A DNA stretch of 64,000 bases from Antechinus flavipes (GCF_016432865.1 NC_067404.1:43400001-43464000), one strand, 5' to 3'; counted from the first letter of the stretch, positions 24,700 through 38,984 are shown. Notes: generated by a model from the letters alone, not told the origin. Made by a program: numbers and translations.

Positions 24700-25110
24700 C
24701 CTATTCAGTGCCATGCTGAATTATGCAGACCTGTCTGCTTAGTGCTCTGTGGATTGGTTGGCAGGGCTTTGCGCTGGTGATTAAATGACAAAGCAAATGG
24801 CGAGATTTTCAACTGTTGGGAAAAAACCCACCGATTGGTCACGCTTACCAATGGCATGTCACATTTGTTCCGAGAGTACCAGCCACAAACTGGCTTTTCT
24901 TTGTTATGAAAGTCGGCGGACACCAACAGCTCTCGAATTTTGTACTTCCCCAGGAAGCCAAGGCAGAGTTTTGCCGTGATGTTTCCTGAGATGAATAGAG
25001 CTTCGCTTGTAGCTTAGGAACTTCCTTGTGGAGTGTTTGGTATCGGGACTTAGTGGGTGGGTGGCATTTATGTCCCACCAGTGACTCCTTTTTCATCCGC
25101 TGGCCTCTTT
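24700..25110. promoter_or_regulatory. CpG-retaining block with three CCAAT/ATTGG boxes and ETS sites
   Basis: ATTGG at 24753, ATTGGT-N7-ACCAAT at 24834-24852, caggaag/aggaacttcc; about 12 CpGs in about 330 bp. Confidence 0.45.
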
Positions 25111-25199
25111 TATAGAAGAGCTAAGATTCAAACCCGGGTCTTCTGACTTATGGGTGAGTGCTTTTACTCTTCTTTTTTTGCTGAGTTTTTGCCCTTTCT

Positions 25200-26330
25200 T
25201 CCAAAGATGGTTAGAACAATAGAATTCTAGGCTTCAAAAGTTGGAGGAGAAGTCTTTGGTCATGTAGTCCAAACAATACGTGAAAGGAGTCTCCACCATG
25301 ACAGATGCTCATCTAGTCTCTATTTGAAGACTTCCAAAGAAGTGGAATCAACTAAGATAGCCCCTTCTACTTTTGGACAGGTCCAATGATTGGGACATTT
25401 GTCTTGACCTTTAGCCTAAATCAGCTTCTTTGAAACTTCTACTTGTGGCTTCTGATTATGCCTTCTGAGGTCAAGCAAACCACTTCTTTCTTTTTCCCAG
25501 GATGGCCTTTCAAATAGTTGAAGATGGCAGTCATGGCCTGCCATGTCTTCCTGAAGCTATATGTGTCCAGCTCCCTCAGCTGATCCTCCTATTGCCATGG
25601 ATTCATCTGGATGCCCATTTTTGGACATGCTTCAATTTACGCATGTCCTTCTCAAATTGTGGTGAGCCCAGTTTGATGAAAAGACCTTAGTACAGTGGGA
25701 CTCTCCTCTTCTTATTCTTCAAATCTAGTCTCCCATAATGCAAACCCAGGTCACTTTAGTTTTTATGGTCACCATTTTATACTGCTGAGGAATTAACTTT
25801 GCATTTCAGTACCCTATCACCTCCAGCTATTTTACAAACAACTGCTATCTTGCCATGTCTTCCTTATCTTATAATTGTGTGACTGATTTTTTTTCCAAGT
25901 GTAAGATTTTCTGTTGATTTCTATTGGCTTTTATTTTCTTAGCTTCAGGCCCAATGAGTTTGCTTTTCATGATTCTTTTGGGTCATGATTCTGGCCTCTA
26001 GGGGGTTAGCTCTCCCTCCCAGCTTTGTGTCATATATAGTTTTGATGACCATCTTTTCTTCTTTTATCCACATTATTGATAAGAATGTTAAATAGCATAG
26101 GGACAAACACAGACCTCTAGCCATGTTGACACTGAATCACGAACATGCTACTTTTTCAAGCCAACCTTCCATCCAATTCTCAATCCGTTTGATCTATGAT
26201 TATTTATTATAATCCATATCTTTCCATCATCTTCTCCATTAGAATACTGTCATATGCTTTATCAAGTTTGGCTAAGATCAGATCTAGTACCACAGCATGC
26301 CCTTTATCAGAAAATAGCATAAACAAAGGT
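25200..26330 (-). mobile_element. L3/CR1 fragments
   Basis: Typical reverse CR1 text (cagctgatcctcctattgccatgg, aatgttaaatagcatagggacaaacacagacctct), interrupted. Confidence 0.7.
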
Positions 26331-26556
26331 ATAGTTTAGAGGAGGGAACATGGTGAGTTCATGAGATGCTTGGGAGGCCAATATGACTAAAGATGAATGT
26401 TTGTGATAGAGCACAGAGGACTATAAGGTTGTCTGGGTGTAGACTGACACCAGATTATGAAGGGCTCTTGTTCACTAAGGCAGAGATTGCAGTGCAGGAC
26501 CTTATCCTTGGTACCTTCCTGAGTGAGGAGTTGGGATGTAGAATGGTGGATCTGAA

Positions 26557-26800
26557 GCTGGTGCATTGGTAAATATTTAACAGCTGGCTCTCTGAGGGAA
26601 AAAGCAAGATACATATGATACACTTCTAAGCTGAATCTTTATTGACATTTTCTCTATCACTTTCTTAAATCCAGACAATGAACAAAGCAATACATCAACC
26701 CTGAATTGTAGCATTTGCTCATTTCTGAGGATAAATGCCCACAATGAAATTTAACTATTGGCTCTCATGAGCTAGATTAAGCTATCTCCAGCACACCCTT
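26557..26800. mobile_element. MER63-like hAT MITE
   Basis: Ends ctggtgcattggtaaatatttaacagctggctctc ... ctccagcacacc resemble MER63-type termini from recall. Confidence 0.55.
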
Positions 26801-26856
26801 GTCTAACTTTTCCTTTTACATATGAAGAAACTGAGTCCCATATGCTGATGTTCTAT

Positions 26857-26945
26857 CCTTCCTCCTTCCCTCCCTTCCTCTCTCCTTCCCTCCCTTCCTC
26901 TCTTCTTTCCTTTCTTCCTTCCTTCCTCTTTCTCTCTTCCTTTCT
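26857..26945. repeat. (CCTT/TTTC)n pyrimidine simple repeat
   Basis: Seen directly. Confidence 0.9.
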
Positions 26946-27529
26946 TTGTCTTTTTTTTTTCCAAACTGCCTTGCAACTTTTCCTCAGCTTATTAGAGGCT
27001 ACTAGGGGAGGGGCTGGTATCTATGCTCACAGGGGTGAGAGAACAGGGGCTCATCCTCCAGGGACTTGTCCCTCCCACACTGGCACCCCAATGACTCCAC
27101 TTTAGAAATAATTCACTACCATCATGAACTCTTGACAGAAGATTTCAAATTAGATGATTGTAGTGAAATGCTTCTTCTCTGGGAGGTCAAAAAGGCCCTT
27201 TTGGTTTGTTTTGTGTCCCTTCCTAGTTATAATATATGTTTCTGTCCTTCTTCAGAAGCTGCTGCTAATGGAAATGAGATATCAAGGTGCTTTATGGGGC
27301 ATGTGATAGGATCATAAAGTTGGGGCTCCTGCCTGGAAGAGACCTTTCTTAGAATAGCAGTCCACAGAAGGAGACAATTATTAGAGCAGAGAGAGAAGGA
27401 GGGAGCAGCAAGGAGAATCACTTCTGGGAAGCAGTTGTCACTCGGTGCCATGGCTGATATCACAGAAGTGGTCTCTTTTGAATTGAACTCCAAGTCTCAA
27501 TCCAGAGTAGAGAGCCTACAAGGGGCAGT

Positions 27530-29450
27530 TATGCAGTAAGCATTTATTAAGTGCTCACTATGTGCCAGAGATGTTGCTAAGTAATCTGGGGACCAAGAAA
27601 AGCAAAAGACCCTGCTCTCAAGGAGCTTACAGTCTAATGGAGGAGACAACATACATATGTAAGTACAAAATGAGATCTATGCAGAGTCGATGGAAGGCAG
27701 TCTTAGAGGGTCAAGTCCTCTGCAGTCGGTCCTGGTTGAACAGAGTTTTGAAGGAAGACAGAGACTTTGAAAGGTGGAAATGAGGAGGAAACAGTCCAGG
27801 AACGGAATGGCCAATGCAAAGTCTTATGGGTAAGGAATAGCAAGAAGGAAGTATGGTTGCAACACAGAGTTCATGAAGGGGAGTTAGTTGTAAGAAGACT
27901 GGAAAGGGAGAAAGAATCTAGGCTCTGAGAAACTTTAAGTACCAAAGTTTGATCAGAGAGGTAATAGGAAACCACTACCTTTTATTGAGCAGGGGAATCA
28001 ATCAATCAATCAACATTGATTAAGCACCTTTTACGTGCCATGCACTATGCTAAATGCTGGAGATACAAAAAAAGACAATGCATTCTCTGCCATCAAGAGT
28101 GTCACAATCTAATAGGTGAGATGATAAACAAATAAATACAAATAAGATATATAGCTATCTAGAAATAAATATGTATATATATAAACAAGCAAGATACATA
28201 GCTGTCTATATATCTTGTTTGTATATATATATATATACTTGTATCATAAATATGGTAAGTCAGAAATAATTAGCAGAGAGAAGGCATTAGAAATAAGAAG
28301 GATTGGAAAAGGCTTTCTGTAGAAAATGGGATTTTTGTTGGGCCTTGAAAGGAACCAGGGAAACCAGTAGGCAGAGATGAGGAATGGAGAGAGCTATTAT
28401 AGATGCTGTTTTCAGGGAGTTTAGCCACAAAGGGAAGAAGAGATACAGGATACTAGTTTATATGGATGAAAGGAACAAGTGAGGCCTTTTTCGGCATGAG
28501 GGAGACATGGGCATGTTCATAGGCAGTAGAGAAGGAGCCAGGAGAGAGGGAGAAATTGAAAATAAGTGATGAGTGGGGATGACAGAAGAGGGAAGATATG
28601 AGAAGAAATGAGACAGTTTGAGCAGGTAGGTGGGTTGGCCTTGGTAAGGAGTAAGGCCATTTCAGCACATGACACAGGGGTGAAGGAAGAAGTAGTGGCA
28701 GAAGAAGTCTGAATGATAATGAGATGAGGAAGAGTAGGAAAAGAGGGAGTTCATGGTGAATGGTCCCAATTTTATCTGTAAAATATGAGACAAGCTTCTC
28801 AACTGAGAGAGCAAGAAATGGGGAGCCCTGGGAGGCTTGAGGAGAAAAAGTGAAACATTTTGGAAGAGCTGCTGTATAGATGGAATAATGCATTGATCAG
28901 ACAGGTATTATCTAGAAGCAGTGATGGTTCAGTTGAGGTTGTGTAATGTGAATTTGTAGTGAATCCAGTCAGAATGTTACATAATTTGCTCCACCTTCAT
29001 TTAGCATTAGTATGTAGAAGAAGAGGATGGTGAATGGTGAGAGTTAGACCTATGTCTTTGAAAAGTCACCTGGCAGCTGTGTCGGGGTTAGAGTAGGGAG
29101 GGAAGAGACTTGAGGCAGAGAGATCCAGTAGAAGGCTATTGCAGTAGTCCAGGAGTAAGATAATGAGAGAATTTGAACTAAGGTAGATAACATGAGTGGA
29201 GAGAAGGGAAAACACATGAGAGATGTGAGAGCTGAAGCAATTCAGTTTGGCAGCTGATTAAATATGTGGGGTACATAAAAATGCTGAATTGGGAAGGATG
29301 CTCAGATTGAGAAAGTGGGAGCCTGGGAGAATAGTGATGTCCTCAACAATAATGGGCAATTGGTGACATAAAACTGTAGCTCAGAAGAGAGGCTGGGGCT
29401 GGATTTATAGATCAGGGAATCATCTATGTAGCTATTAATTGAAAGGAATC
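27530..29450 (-). mobile_element. L2 LINE fragments (nested or tandem)
   Basis: Two L2 tail starts (about 27535 and 28000) followed by purine-rich L2 body. Confidence 0.75.
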
Positions 29451-31304
29451 ATTAGAGCTCATGAGATCAAGGTCATTTGAGTCACTTCCAGGTTCCTACA
29501 ACCGCAGAGGGCATTATTTCCAAATACCTGAATCATCTCTGCAGTCTCCATGATAAGTCATATTCAGGCCTTTAGGGTTTGGAGCCCAATATTTTTTGTC
29601 TTCAGACAGACATGATCGTTAGGGAATTTTTCTGCTATTCTGCTGAACTAGGATTTGAAACCAGGTCTTCTAAGTCCAAATCTAGCTCTCTTTTTATTAT
29701 CCGGGCCCTTTTTACTATTGTCATGAGCCTTCAGTCTCCATAACCTTAGTTGCTTCAACAAATCCCCATTCTCCCTGATTGTCAGTTCCCTCACTATCAA
29801 TTGAAATAAAGTGCTAGGTCCCAGGATTTCACATTGGAAGGGACCTCGGTGGCCATATAGTTCAATCCATATCCAAAAGGGAATTTCATCCCCCAACATC
29901 CCTAATGAGGAGTCATTTAGCCTATATTTGAAGACTCTTTGAAATTTATTTTTTTGGTAGTATTTTATTTTTCCAAATAAACATCGGTAGTTTTCAACAT
30001 TCGCCTTTGTAAAATCTTGTGTTCCAAATTTTTCTCCCTCTCTCCCCTCTCTCCGAGACAGCAAGCAATCCAATAGAGGTTAAAGATATGCAATTTGAAG
30101 ACCTTTAATGACAGGGTACTTTCCTACCTTTAAACATGTACATAAAGCATCTATGAAATGATAATGCTGTATGACATCCCATAGGGAGAAAGTGTAGGAT
30201 GGAGACTCGGAATTCACTTTCTTGGGGGGCAGCTTTCACTGCTGACACCTATTGGGTACATGATCTTGGGCAATCACTTCTTATCTTTGCTCATTGGTTT
30301 CTTCCTCTGTAAAAAAAAAAAAAAAGACCCTCACGGGGTCCTTGTCAGAAACAACCTTCCCTGGAAAACTGAACGGACTAGAGGAACGGGGGCTTGGGCC
30401 CACTCAAGACAATGCAAAGGTCAGATTCTGATGGCAGAGATTCCTTTTGCACGAGTATTTGTGATTATTTGAAGTTGGAAATCTCCTGGGTAAAATGAAG
30501 TCTCCCTGAAGAGAGAGAATTTACTCCATAGTCAGTCCATGGAGTCTTGCAAGAGATGTAAATACCTCCAAAGCCTCTCCCGTTTCATGTTTCCCCCTGC
30601 TACTCCTCCCCCTAACATCCCCAATTGAGTGCATCACACATTTAGCAATTAACAAAGGACAAGGTACCCTTTCGGTAACAGATGTTTGCTTGGGGTTCAG
30701 AATTTCAACTAGCACAGCTTTGCTAGTTACTCTAGGTGCATATCAATAGGCTGATATTCATGGCTTAACTTTCTAGAACAGACTTATTCTAACTTACCTT
30801 AAGATTTTTTTCTACCTTGCAAGAGACCAGCTATTCTAGTGCACTCCTTTAAGATGGGAAACCATCGAGGCCCAAGGGGAAAGGGAAGCAATTGTCCAAG
30901 GTCACACAACTGGTGAGCAGGAGTCACATCCAGACAGATTTCTCTGCTCTGTCGGGCAACTGTCCCTTCCCATGAGGCATAGCAGAAGGAGGATTCAGCA
31001 TCCCATTGGGCACCAATCCTAAGTTCTGCCCGCGAAGTAGCCGGGTGACCCTGAGCGAATGCCTTTCCCTTTTTCAGCCTCATTTTCTCCCTCTGTAAAA
31101 TTGAACAGCTGGACTAGATGTTGATCTCTGAGGTCTCTTCTGATGTTCTAAAGTTATGACTCTTATAATATGGCTGAAGCTGTTGGAGGTGGGATGGGAG
31201 AGATTGTGGGGAAACAGATAATGGGTCCCATAGGCAGAGAGGCTGGTATGTTATCTGTACTATCTATACCAGGCTACAGAGCAAATTTGGAAAAACTACT
31301 AGAT

Positions 31305-31555
31305 AGCATAGGCATCCAGGTGGTACAGTGGATAAAGCATGGGATCTGGAGTCAGCTTCAGACACTTACTAACTGTGATCCAAGGCAGATCACCTAATCC
31401 CTCTTTGCCTCAGTTTCTCATCTGTAAAATGGGTATTGGATAAGAAAATGACAAACCATGCTGGTATTTTTGCCAAAAACAAAACAAAACAAAACAAAAA
31501 CCCAAAGGACTTTGTCTATGGGGTCATATTGAGTCGGACATGACTAAACAACAGC
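31305..31555 (+). mobile_element. MAR1-like SINE
   Basis: CORE plus ggggtcatattgagtcggacatgact tail. Confidence 0.8.
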
Positions 31556-33519
31556 AAATAGCTAACAAACATATGTATCACAGGATCAGGCATTAGAAAA
31601 ATGATCCATATCATAAGCAATTTTTTAGATCCATCCATATGATTTATTGGCTGATTTTTAAAAAGTGTCAGCAAGAAAATCCTATCACTTAAAGTAATCC
31701 AGCGTGATGACTTACCTCTAGCTTGAACATGGTAAAAACTTTTGCTTTGTAAAACTTCCAAGCCTTGTGGAAATGTGAGCAGTTAATATTTCAAGCAACT
31801 ATTCAAAGCACCCATTATTTGAGATGGCCCCAGGAATGGGGAATATGATGGTGTTCTCTCTTGTGACTCTCTCCTTCAGAATATAATTCAATCATGGGGG
31901 GTTCACTTGTGCCCCTAAGGCCTCTATGCATATGATTCTGAGTTGGAAGCAAGAGACCTTGGAGACCAGTTAGTTTTAATGCCCACTTTTTACAAAAGAG
32001 GAAACTGAGTCGCATAGAGGTGACAAGGTGAGAAAGGCAGTAAATGACAGGATTGGGATTTGAACCCATCTCCTCTGATTCCACATACGTCTTTTTTGTT
32101 TTTTTGTGAAATTGTAGTGGCTTTATTTGGGAATAGAAGCAGTGCCACTGAGGACTTCACATTTCAGGTTATAGGTAACCTCGTTCAAAAGAAAAGAGTC
32201 GATTTTTTTTCTATTTAGTATGCATGTCTATAGTCCTCACTAATAGGATCCTTAATAAGTCAGAAGGAAGAGAGGCAACACATCCAGAGGATCCTTTGAT
32301 CACAGGTCTAGACCTCTAAGGGACAGGAGTGGTCACTGAAGTTTGATACCCTGTTGTTTCACAGAGGAGGAAACTGAGGTCCAGTTAGGAAAAGTGATCT
32401 CAGATTTTTCCTTCTCTAAACGTGAGTGGCGGGGAAGTGTCTTTTAAGTACATGTACCAATCTGTTGCTGATCCTTTTCTGTGACTCATCTGGATTCTGA
32501 CAGATGCTTGGTCCTTGATCCTAGAGACTCCTTCCCCCTCTCCCTGCCATGCTTGTCTGCTTTGTAAATTACACGACTTCTATAGAGAAGCCTCCTTTGG
32601 CTAATAATTTGATATTAAGCCCCCTCCTTCCACTCCAGTCTGACTCCTAGCTGCTAAACTATGCTGTGGGTTCATGCAGTTATTCTCCCGAGAGTACCAC
32701 CAACCCCATCACACACATGGCAAAAATCTTAGAGGTTTCTGTGTAGTCTCCCTGACAAAATGACAGTGAAGTGGAAAGGGGAGTCTCTGACAGTAAGGGT
32801 GCTTAATAGACATGGAGAGTGAACCAACTATTTCCATACAACCAATTTTCTTTGTGTTAAAAGGAGGAATAATTACAGGAGCCAATCCAGTCTGTATCAA
32901 AGGAAGCCCTCTTTGGGTGAGATAACCTTTAGTTTGTATTCCAAAAATATGTTTCACTGGTGCCTTTAATTACTTCTTGGTTTATATGTTCCCCTCTTCA
33001 ACCCCCAAAGATGGAACCCTCCCTTATACTTCCATCTAGCATCACCAGTTGATATAAAAGAGGTAGAGCAGAAATTCAGAACAGATCAGAACCAGTGTTC
33101 TTCCTGATCTCTTCATCTTTGGAAATGGAGGGATCATCTTGTAAGTTATCTGGAGATCTCAGTGTTGAGATGGTATCAAGGTCCAGAGTTTAAGCAATTT
33201 ACCCAAGGTTTACAGAGATAGTCATCAGCAAGTGAAGGCCTCCGGCTCCAGTCTTCTGACTTCATGCTACCAATCCTCCCCTATTTTAAAGAGGCAGCCT
33301 ACTTTCCTTTTACTTGATACCAGACCACTGACTTATCTCTTGGGCCTTTGGGTCATTCATTCCCAGTGTTCTTAATTGCCTATTGTGGGGTTATTTTGGT
33401 TAGTCCCTGATCTCCTTCCCCACTTCCATATTTTATTACATGGCAGAAAATTTTGTTGTCCATCGAACATAGTAGCAGCAAGATTATGTGATGGTCCACT
33501 ATGACATACCTAGCTCTTC

Positions 33520-33860
33520 TCAGCAATACAATGATCCAAGGCAATTCCAATAGACTTGGGATGGAAAATGCCATCTGCCTCCAGAGAGAGAACTATGGAG
33601 ACTGAATACAGATTGAAGCTTCCTATTTTCACGTTTTTGTTGTTTTCTTCTTTCTCATGGTTTTTTCCCTTTTGTTTTAATTTTTTTTACAACATGACTA
33701 ATATGGAAATATGTTTAAAATGATTGTAGATGTATAATTTATATCAGATTGCTTGCTGTCTTGAGGAGGGGGGAAGGAGAAAAAAATCTTTAAAAAGTGA
33801 ATGTTGAAAACTATTTTTATATATAATTAAATACTATTAAATGAAAAATACAATACTATT
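33520..33860 (+). mobile_element. L1 3' fragment
   Basis: aattccaatagacttgggatggaaaatgcc...; homologous to 5624-5979. Confidence 0.8.
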
Positions 33861-34156
33861 GAGTGAAAAAAAAGAAAATTCCATTGGCTATGAAGCTTCC
33901 AAAAAGGCCATGCCTTCCACACCATGGGATGATAACCACAGTTTCTCTGGAGAAGAGAAAAAAGGCTTGTTATGTATGTTATGTTGTCTAATGCTTTATT
34001 TTTTTTTATCAATAAATAGAAAACTCTTATGGATAATTGGGTCCCAGAAGTATAGGGTTTTTTTAAATTCTCAGTAGCCTTCCAAAGCATCCTGTAAACA
34101 TCCTTTCGGGGAGGTTTCCAATTCTTTGGGAAAATACCAAATTTATTATTTTCTTT

Positions 34157-34730
34157 TTTAAAATAGCTTTTTATTTACAAGTTAATAGCATGGGTAATTT
34201 TTCAGCATTGATAATTGCCAAACCTTTTGTTCCAATTTTTCCCCTCCTTCCCCCCATTCCCTCCCCCAGATGGCAGGTTGACCAATACATGTTAAATATG
34301 TTAAAGTATAAAGTAAATACAATATAAGTAAACATGCCCTAACAGTTATTTTGCTGTACAAAAAGAATCAGACTTTGAAATAGTGTGCAATTAGCCTGTT
34401 AAGGAAATCAAAAATGCAGGTGGACAAAAATAGAGGGATTGGGAATTCTATGTAGTGGTTCATTGTCATCTCCCAGAGTTCCTTCACTGGGTGTAGCTGG
34501 TTCAATTCATTACTGCTCTATTGGAACTGATTTGGTTCATCTCATTGCTGAAGAGGGCCACGTCCATCAGAATTGATCATCACATAGTATTGTTGAAGTG
34601 TACAATGATCTCCAGGTCCTGCTCATTTCACTCAGCATCAGTTCGTGTAAGTCTCTCCAGGCCTTTCTGAAATCATCCTACTGGTCATTTCTTACAAAAC
34701 AGTAATATTCCATAATATTCATATACCACA
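34157..34730 (-). mobile_element. L1 3' portion with TSD
   Basis: 19-bp TSD caaatttattattttcttt / caaatttaatattttcttt (34138-34156, 34731-34749). Confidence 0.9.
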
Positions 34731-37312
34731 CAAATTTAATATTTTCTTTTCTTCTATTATGCACTGAGATCATGGAACTCTGCATGTTGGATCTCATTAA
34801 ATGCTATTATATTTTAGAGATGGAAGTGATCTTAGAGATACTGCAGAGTTGCACTGAGGAGTTGAACTTCTCATTTTACATTGGGGAAACTGAGGTCCGG
34901 AGATGTGTAGGCACTGGTACAAGTTCATGTAGCTAGTGTTAATGGTTTGGCTTTAGCACAAAAAGAGCTTTTTCTTTCTTTAAAAAAATAAACAATGACT
35001 TCACTAAAGCTGTGAATGTCTGATTTATGGGTGACACAAAACTTGGAGGAATGGGTGATACACTAGATGGCAGAATTGGGATCCAAAATTATCTTGATAT
35101 TTTGACAGTCTGGAATGATGGGCCAAAATCAGGGAAATGAAATGTGACAGAAGTAAATGCAAAGTCTTGTTGAAGTTCTTCAGATTGCCCAGATCTGAAT
35201 AAGTACATCGAGAGAGAGGAGAGACCTGGTCAAGAGCATTTCTTAGGGAAAAATATCTGGAGTGGTTGAATACAAGCCAAATAGCGCCAATTGACCTTCA
35301 CCCGCTACCACCATCATCACCACTATCACCAATAACAAAATGTTTCTCTATGTGTAAAACACTGGGCCAGGTATTGGAGGAGATATAAAGGTAAATAAAG
35401 CCCACTCCCTGCTTTCAAGGAAATGGACCAAGAAAGGGGCATAAACAGAAAAATATTCATACATAATATAGGCCCAGTCTATGTTGTTTGAGAGCCAGGA
35501 AGTGGCAGGGAGGGGGAAATTTCTGCTTAAGAGAAATCAAGGTTTTATTGTGGAAGTGGACTATTTCTCTTCTCCCCGCCCCCCCCTTTTTTTTTTGATC
35601 TTGCTCAGGTTTTCTTATTTGAATATAAAGATGTAACAGTAGTAGGAGAAATAATAACAATAATAGTAATGACTAACATTTTAAGGTTTGCAGAATGCTT
35701 GGCAATTATTACCTCATTTTGTCCTCAGAATAATTCTTGGAGGTGGGTGCTATTGTTTACTCTATTTTATGGAAACTGAGGCAGGGAGCCATCAAGGGAC
35801 TCATCACAAACTCGTAAGTATTCGATTTGAACTCCAATGAATAGAGCCAGTGCCCTATATTCACTTCACTACCTAGATGCCAAGAGAGATAAAGTCAGTA
35901 TAACAATCTTTTTGACTTACTACAGGGACTTTGAGGGCTAATATAAGGAAACTAAATGTGTTCTACATTGAATATCACCGTCTTGCCTTGGATTTTCTAT
36001 GATCACTGATAATGAGCCATATTTCTATTTCACTATTTATAATTTTTGATGGATTTGTTATCTTGGTGATGGAGGTACTTTGTCCAATGTGTAAATCCCT
36101 ACCCAATGAAGACAAGATTTGAGTTGGACCTTGACAAGCGGTTAGGGTTTGGACAGAGGTAGGGCAAGAGTAGGAATTCTATTCCTTGGGAACAGAATGA
36201 GCAAAGGAAGAGGTGGGATTTTTATTCCACTGGTTCCTTTCCTGTGCTTCTGTCTGGGATGATGAGAATTTTGTAATCGATCAGACTTTTCTAATTATCA
36301 GCTCCATTGACCCAAGTATCCACTGGACAGAGGAAGAGAAGCAAACAGTGTAGGTGGAGTATGCTGCCTAAGCAGAGGGAGTATCCACACCACTGAAATC
36401 ACTGTTTCATCGATGCCCAAATATTTGAGTCTTGGAGTTGAGAGTCAGGGGCAACACATGGGGGAGTGGATTCTGAAAGCCTTATCGCCCCCACAGCATG
36501 TCCGAGCCAACGTGACCATGCAGCACAAACACCTAGGTAGCCTGAGCCTTCTTCCTTCTTTCCCAGACTTCTGGCACCTTATGCTTGCATGTTTAGTTCC
36601 TTCATGTTGGCTTAAGAGAAAGCTTGAATGGATAGAGGGTGGGCCTTGAAATCCTGAAGACCTGATCCAAGTTCTGTTTCAGACGCATCCTAGCTATATG
36701 ACTATGACAAGTATGGTATTGTGAAGAGTGCTAACTTTGGGTCAGAGGACCCCAGTTGAAATGTCTCTGCCAATTACTATCCGTTTGATCTTGGGGTAGT
36801 TATTTAACCTCCCGGGAACTCAATTTCCCCCTGTAAAATTTGGGGGATGGATTAGATAGTCTTCAATGGCTCTTCCAGCTGTAGATTCCTAATTTTGTAG
36901 ACTACTTCACCTCTTAGTGTCCCCAGGTCACTCTCTATGGCTGAGGAGTTGCTGATCTGTGTTAGGGAGGCGTGTCCTAGATACAGGATACCATATAAGC
37001 AGCCTCTGTTAATGCAATCACGCTTCTTGACCTCCCCTCTCTCCACCTGGAATCTTACACTCAGAGGAAAACAGGGCAAAAAAAAAAAATGCCTTCATCC
37101 TAACAAGAGTGTGGGGCACTTGGCTCCAAAGGGTCTGCTAGAATTTCAGAGTTGGAAGGAACCTCAAAGAACATCTAATGCAATCTTTACTGAAAGCAAA
37201 CATTTTCTCATAGGTAGCTCACTATTTCTTAACCCAACTCATGCTATATTTGCTGTCTCTGTCTCTGTCTCTTCTTTCCTCCCTGTCTTTCTGTCTCTCT
37301 CTCTTTTTCCCC

Positions 37313-37655
37313 NNNNNNNNNNNNNNNNNNNNNNNNNNNNNNNNNNNNNNNNNNNNNNNNNNNNNNNNNNNNNNNNNNNNNNNNNNNNNNNNNNNNNNNN
37401 NNNNNNNNNNNNNNNNNNNNNNNNNNNNNNNNNNNNNNNNNNNNNNNNNNNNNNNNNNNNNNNNNNNNNNNNNNNNNNNNNNNNNNNNNNNNNNNNNNNN
37501 NNNNNNNNNNNNNNNNNNNNNNNNNNNNNNNNNNNNNNNNNNNNNNNNNNNNNNNNNNNNNNNNNNNNNNNNNNNNNNNNNNNNNNNNNNNNNNNNNNNN
37601 NNNNNNNNNNNNNNNNNNNNNNNNNNNNNNNNNNNNNNNNNNNNNNNNNNNNNNN
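37313..37655. other. Assembly gap (343 N) within a TC/CA simple repeat
   Basis: N run flanked by tctctgtc repeats on the left and cacac on the right. Confidence 0.98.
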
Positions 37656-38984
37656 CACACATTGAACTGAAATCATATTCCTTGTGTCTTTCTCTCTGTG
37701 TCTGTAGCTAGTAGCCCTCCTCCCAGACCCAAGCAGCTTTATTGTGTGTATCCAGGACTGGCATTTGTCGATGCAGTGACACAAGCAGGGGTCAGTGTTC
37801 TGAGCACTGCTCTGAGTTTGCCTTAGGAGGCCCATTGATGTTAATGGCGGCCATTTGGCCCGGAGCCCTAGAAGATGTCTTACTTAGAGCCTGTTTGGTG
37901 AGGAGGCCATTGTGTACTTAAGAGCCACCCTGCTGGGGTGACCTCACCGTTGAATTTTCTATGATGGTACTGGGAGCACAAATAAAAGTCTTTCTAAAAG
38001 AAGTTCTGAGGTAACTATGGTTTTGCCCAGGCTGTGTGTGATTGCCACTTTGAAAGCATTCAAGTCTCATCCATTTTCTTTTTTGTTGAAAATATCAGGA
38101 AGGTACTTGGAACAGACCTTGGGCCAGACTCCCTCATACTGCCATCAAGTGCAGCAAGAGTGACAAAGAGAAAAATAAAATGGTATCCAGAAGGATTGCA
38201 GTAGGTAGAATAAGCAAGATTGTTTATTAAAGGAATCTTTAGGGAGAACAATAACAAATTACCCAGGAGATGCAGTGTGAAAAAAATGCAGGAGATTTGA
38301 ATTTGAATCCCAATTCACTAATTATGGGACTAGGACTACATTTCTTAACTTTTCTGAGTTAATTTCCTTATCCAGAAAAGGAGCATAATCATGTTCTCAC
38401 TGCTTCCTTCCCAAGATTTTTGAAAAGAACCCCTACTTTTTTGCTTTCTGAGATATAATGTTCCAAGTCTTTTAGTATAACTGGTGCTAGGTCTCCTGTG
38501 ATTTAAATGTGGCTCTATTGCATTTGAAAGCCCTATTACAGCACTAGAGAATTGGGAGTCATTTTTATGTTGATAATTTGGTACTAGATCATTGTCAGCC
38601 AAGTTGAAGATTCCCTACCATCATACCTTGGCCTGGTTCTTTCTCGGACCTTCTGTCTTCACTCTGTCCAACTCCACTCCTAATTCTAGACTGAGGAAAT
38701 AGACATGGACAACTAAATGAATTGGCTGAGAGTTTCCAGTAGGAGAGCATAGGTTCAAGCTGGAAAGAACCTTAGAAGCCATCAGGTGCCATCACTTCAT
38801 TTTACAGAGGAAGAGGCTGAGCCTCGGCCTCAAAAAGGGATGGGAGGGGACTTGGCCAAGTACAAAGTGGTATGAAATAGCAGAGCTCAGATCTCTTGGC
38901 TTTCTGGCCAGAACTCTTTCTCTTCTCCCTTGTCCCTTTAAAAACTTTCTTATTGATGCAATTTTCTTTCTACATCAATTTTGT

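Noticed and set aside
28170-28245. Imperfect inverted repeat
   Set aside because: Driven largely by self-complementary TA runs inside an L2; not a miRNA-like hairpin.
36937-37835. Five long ORFs of 138-242 aa
   Set aside because: They span the 343-N assembly gap.
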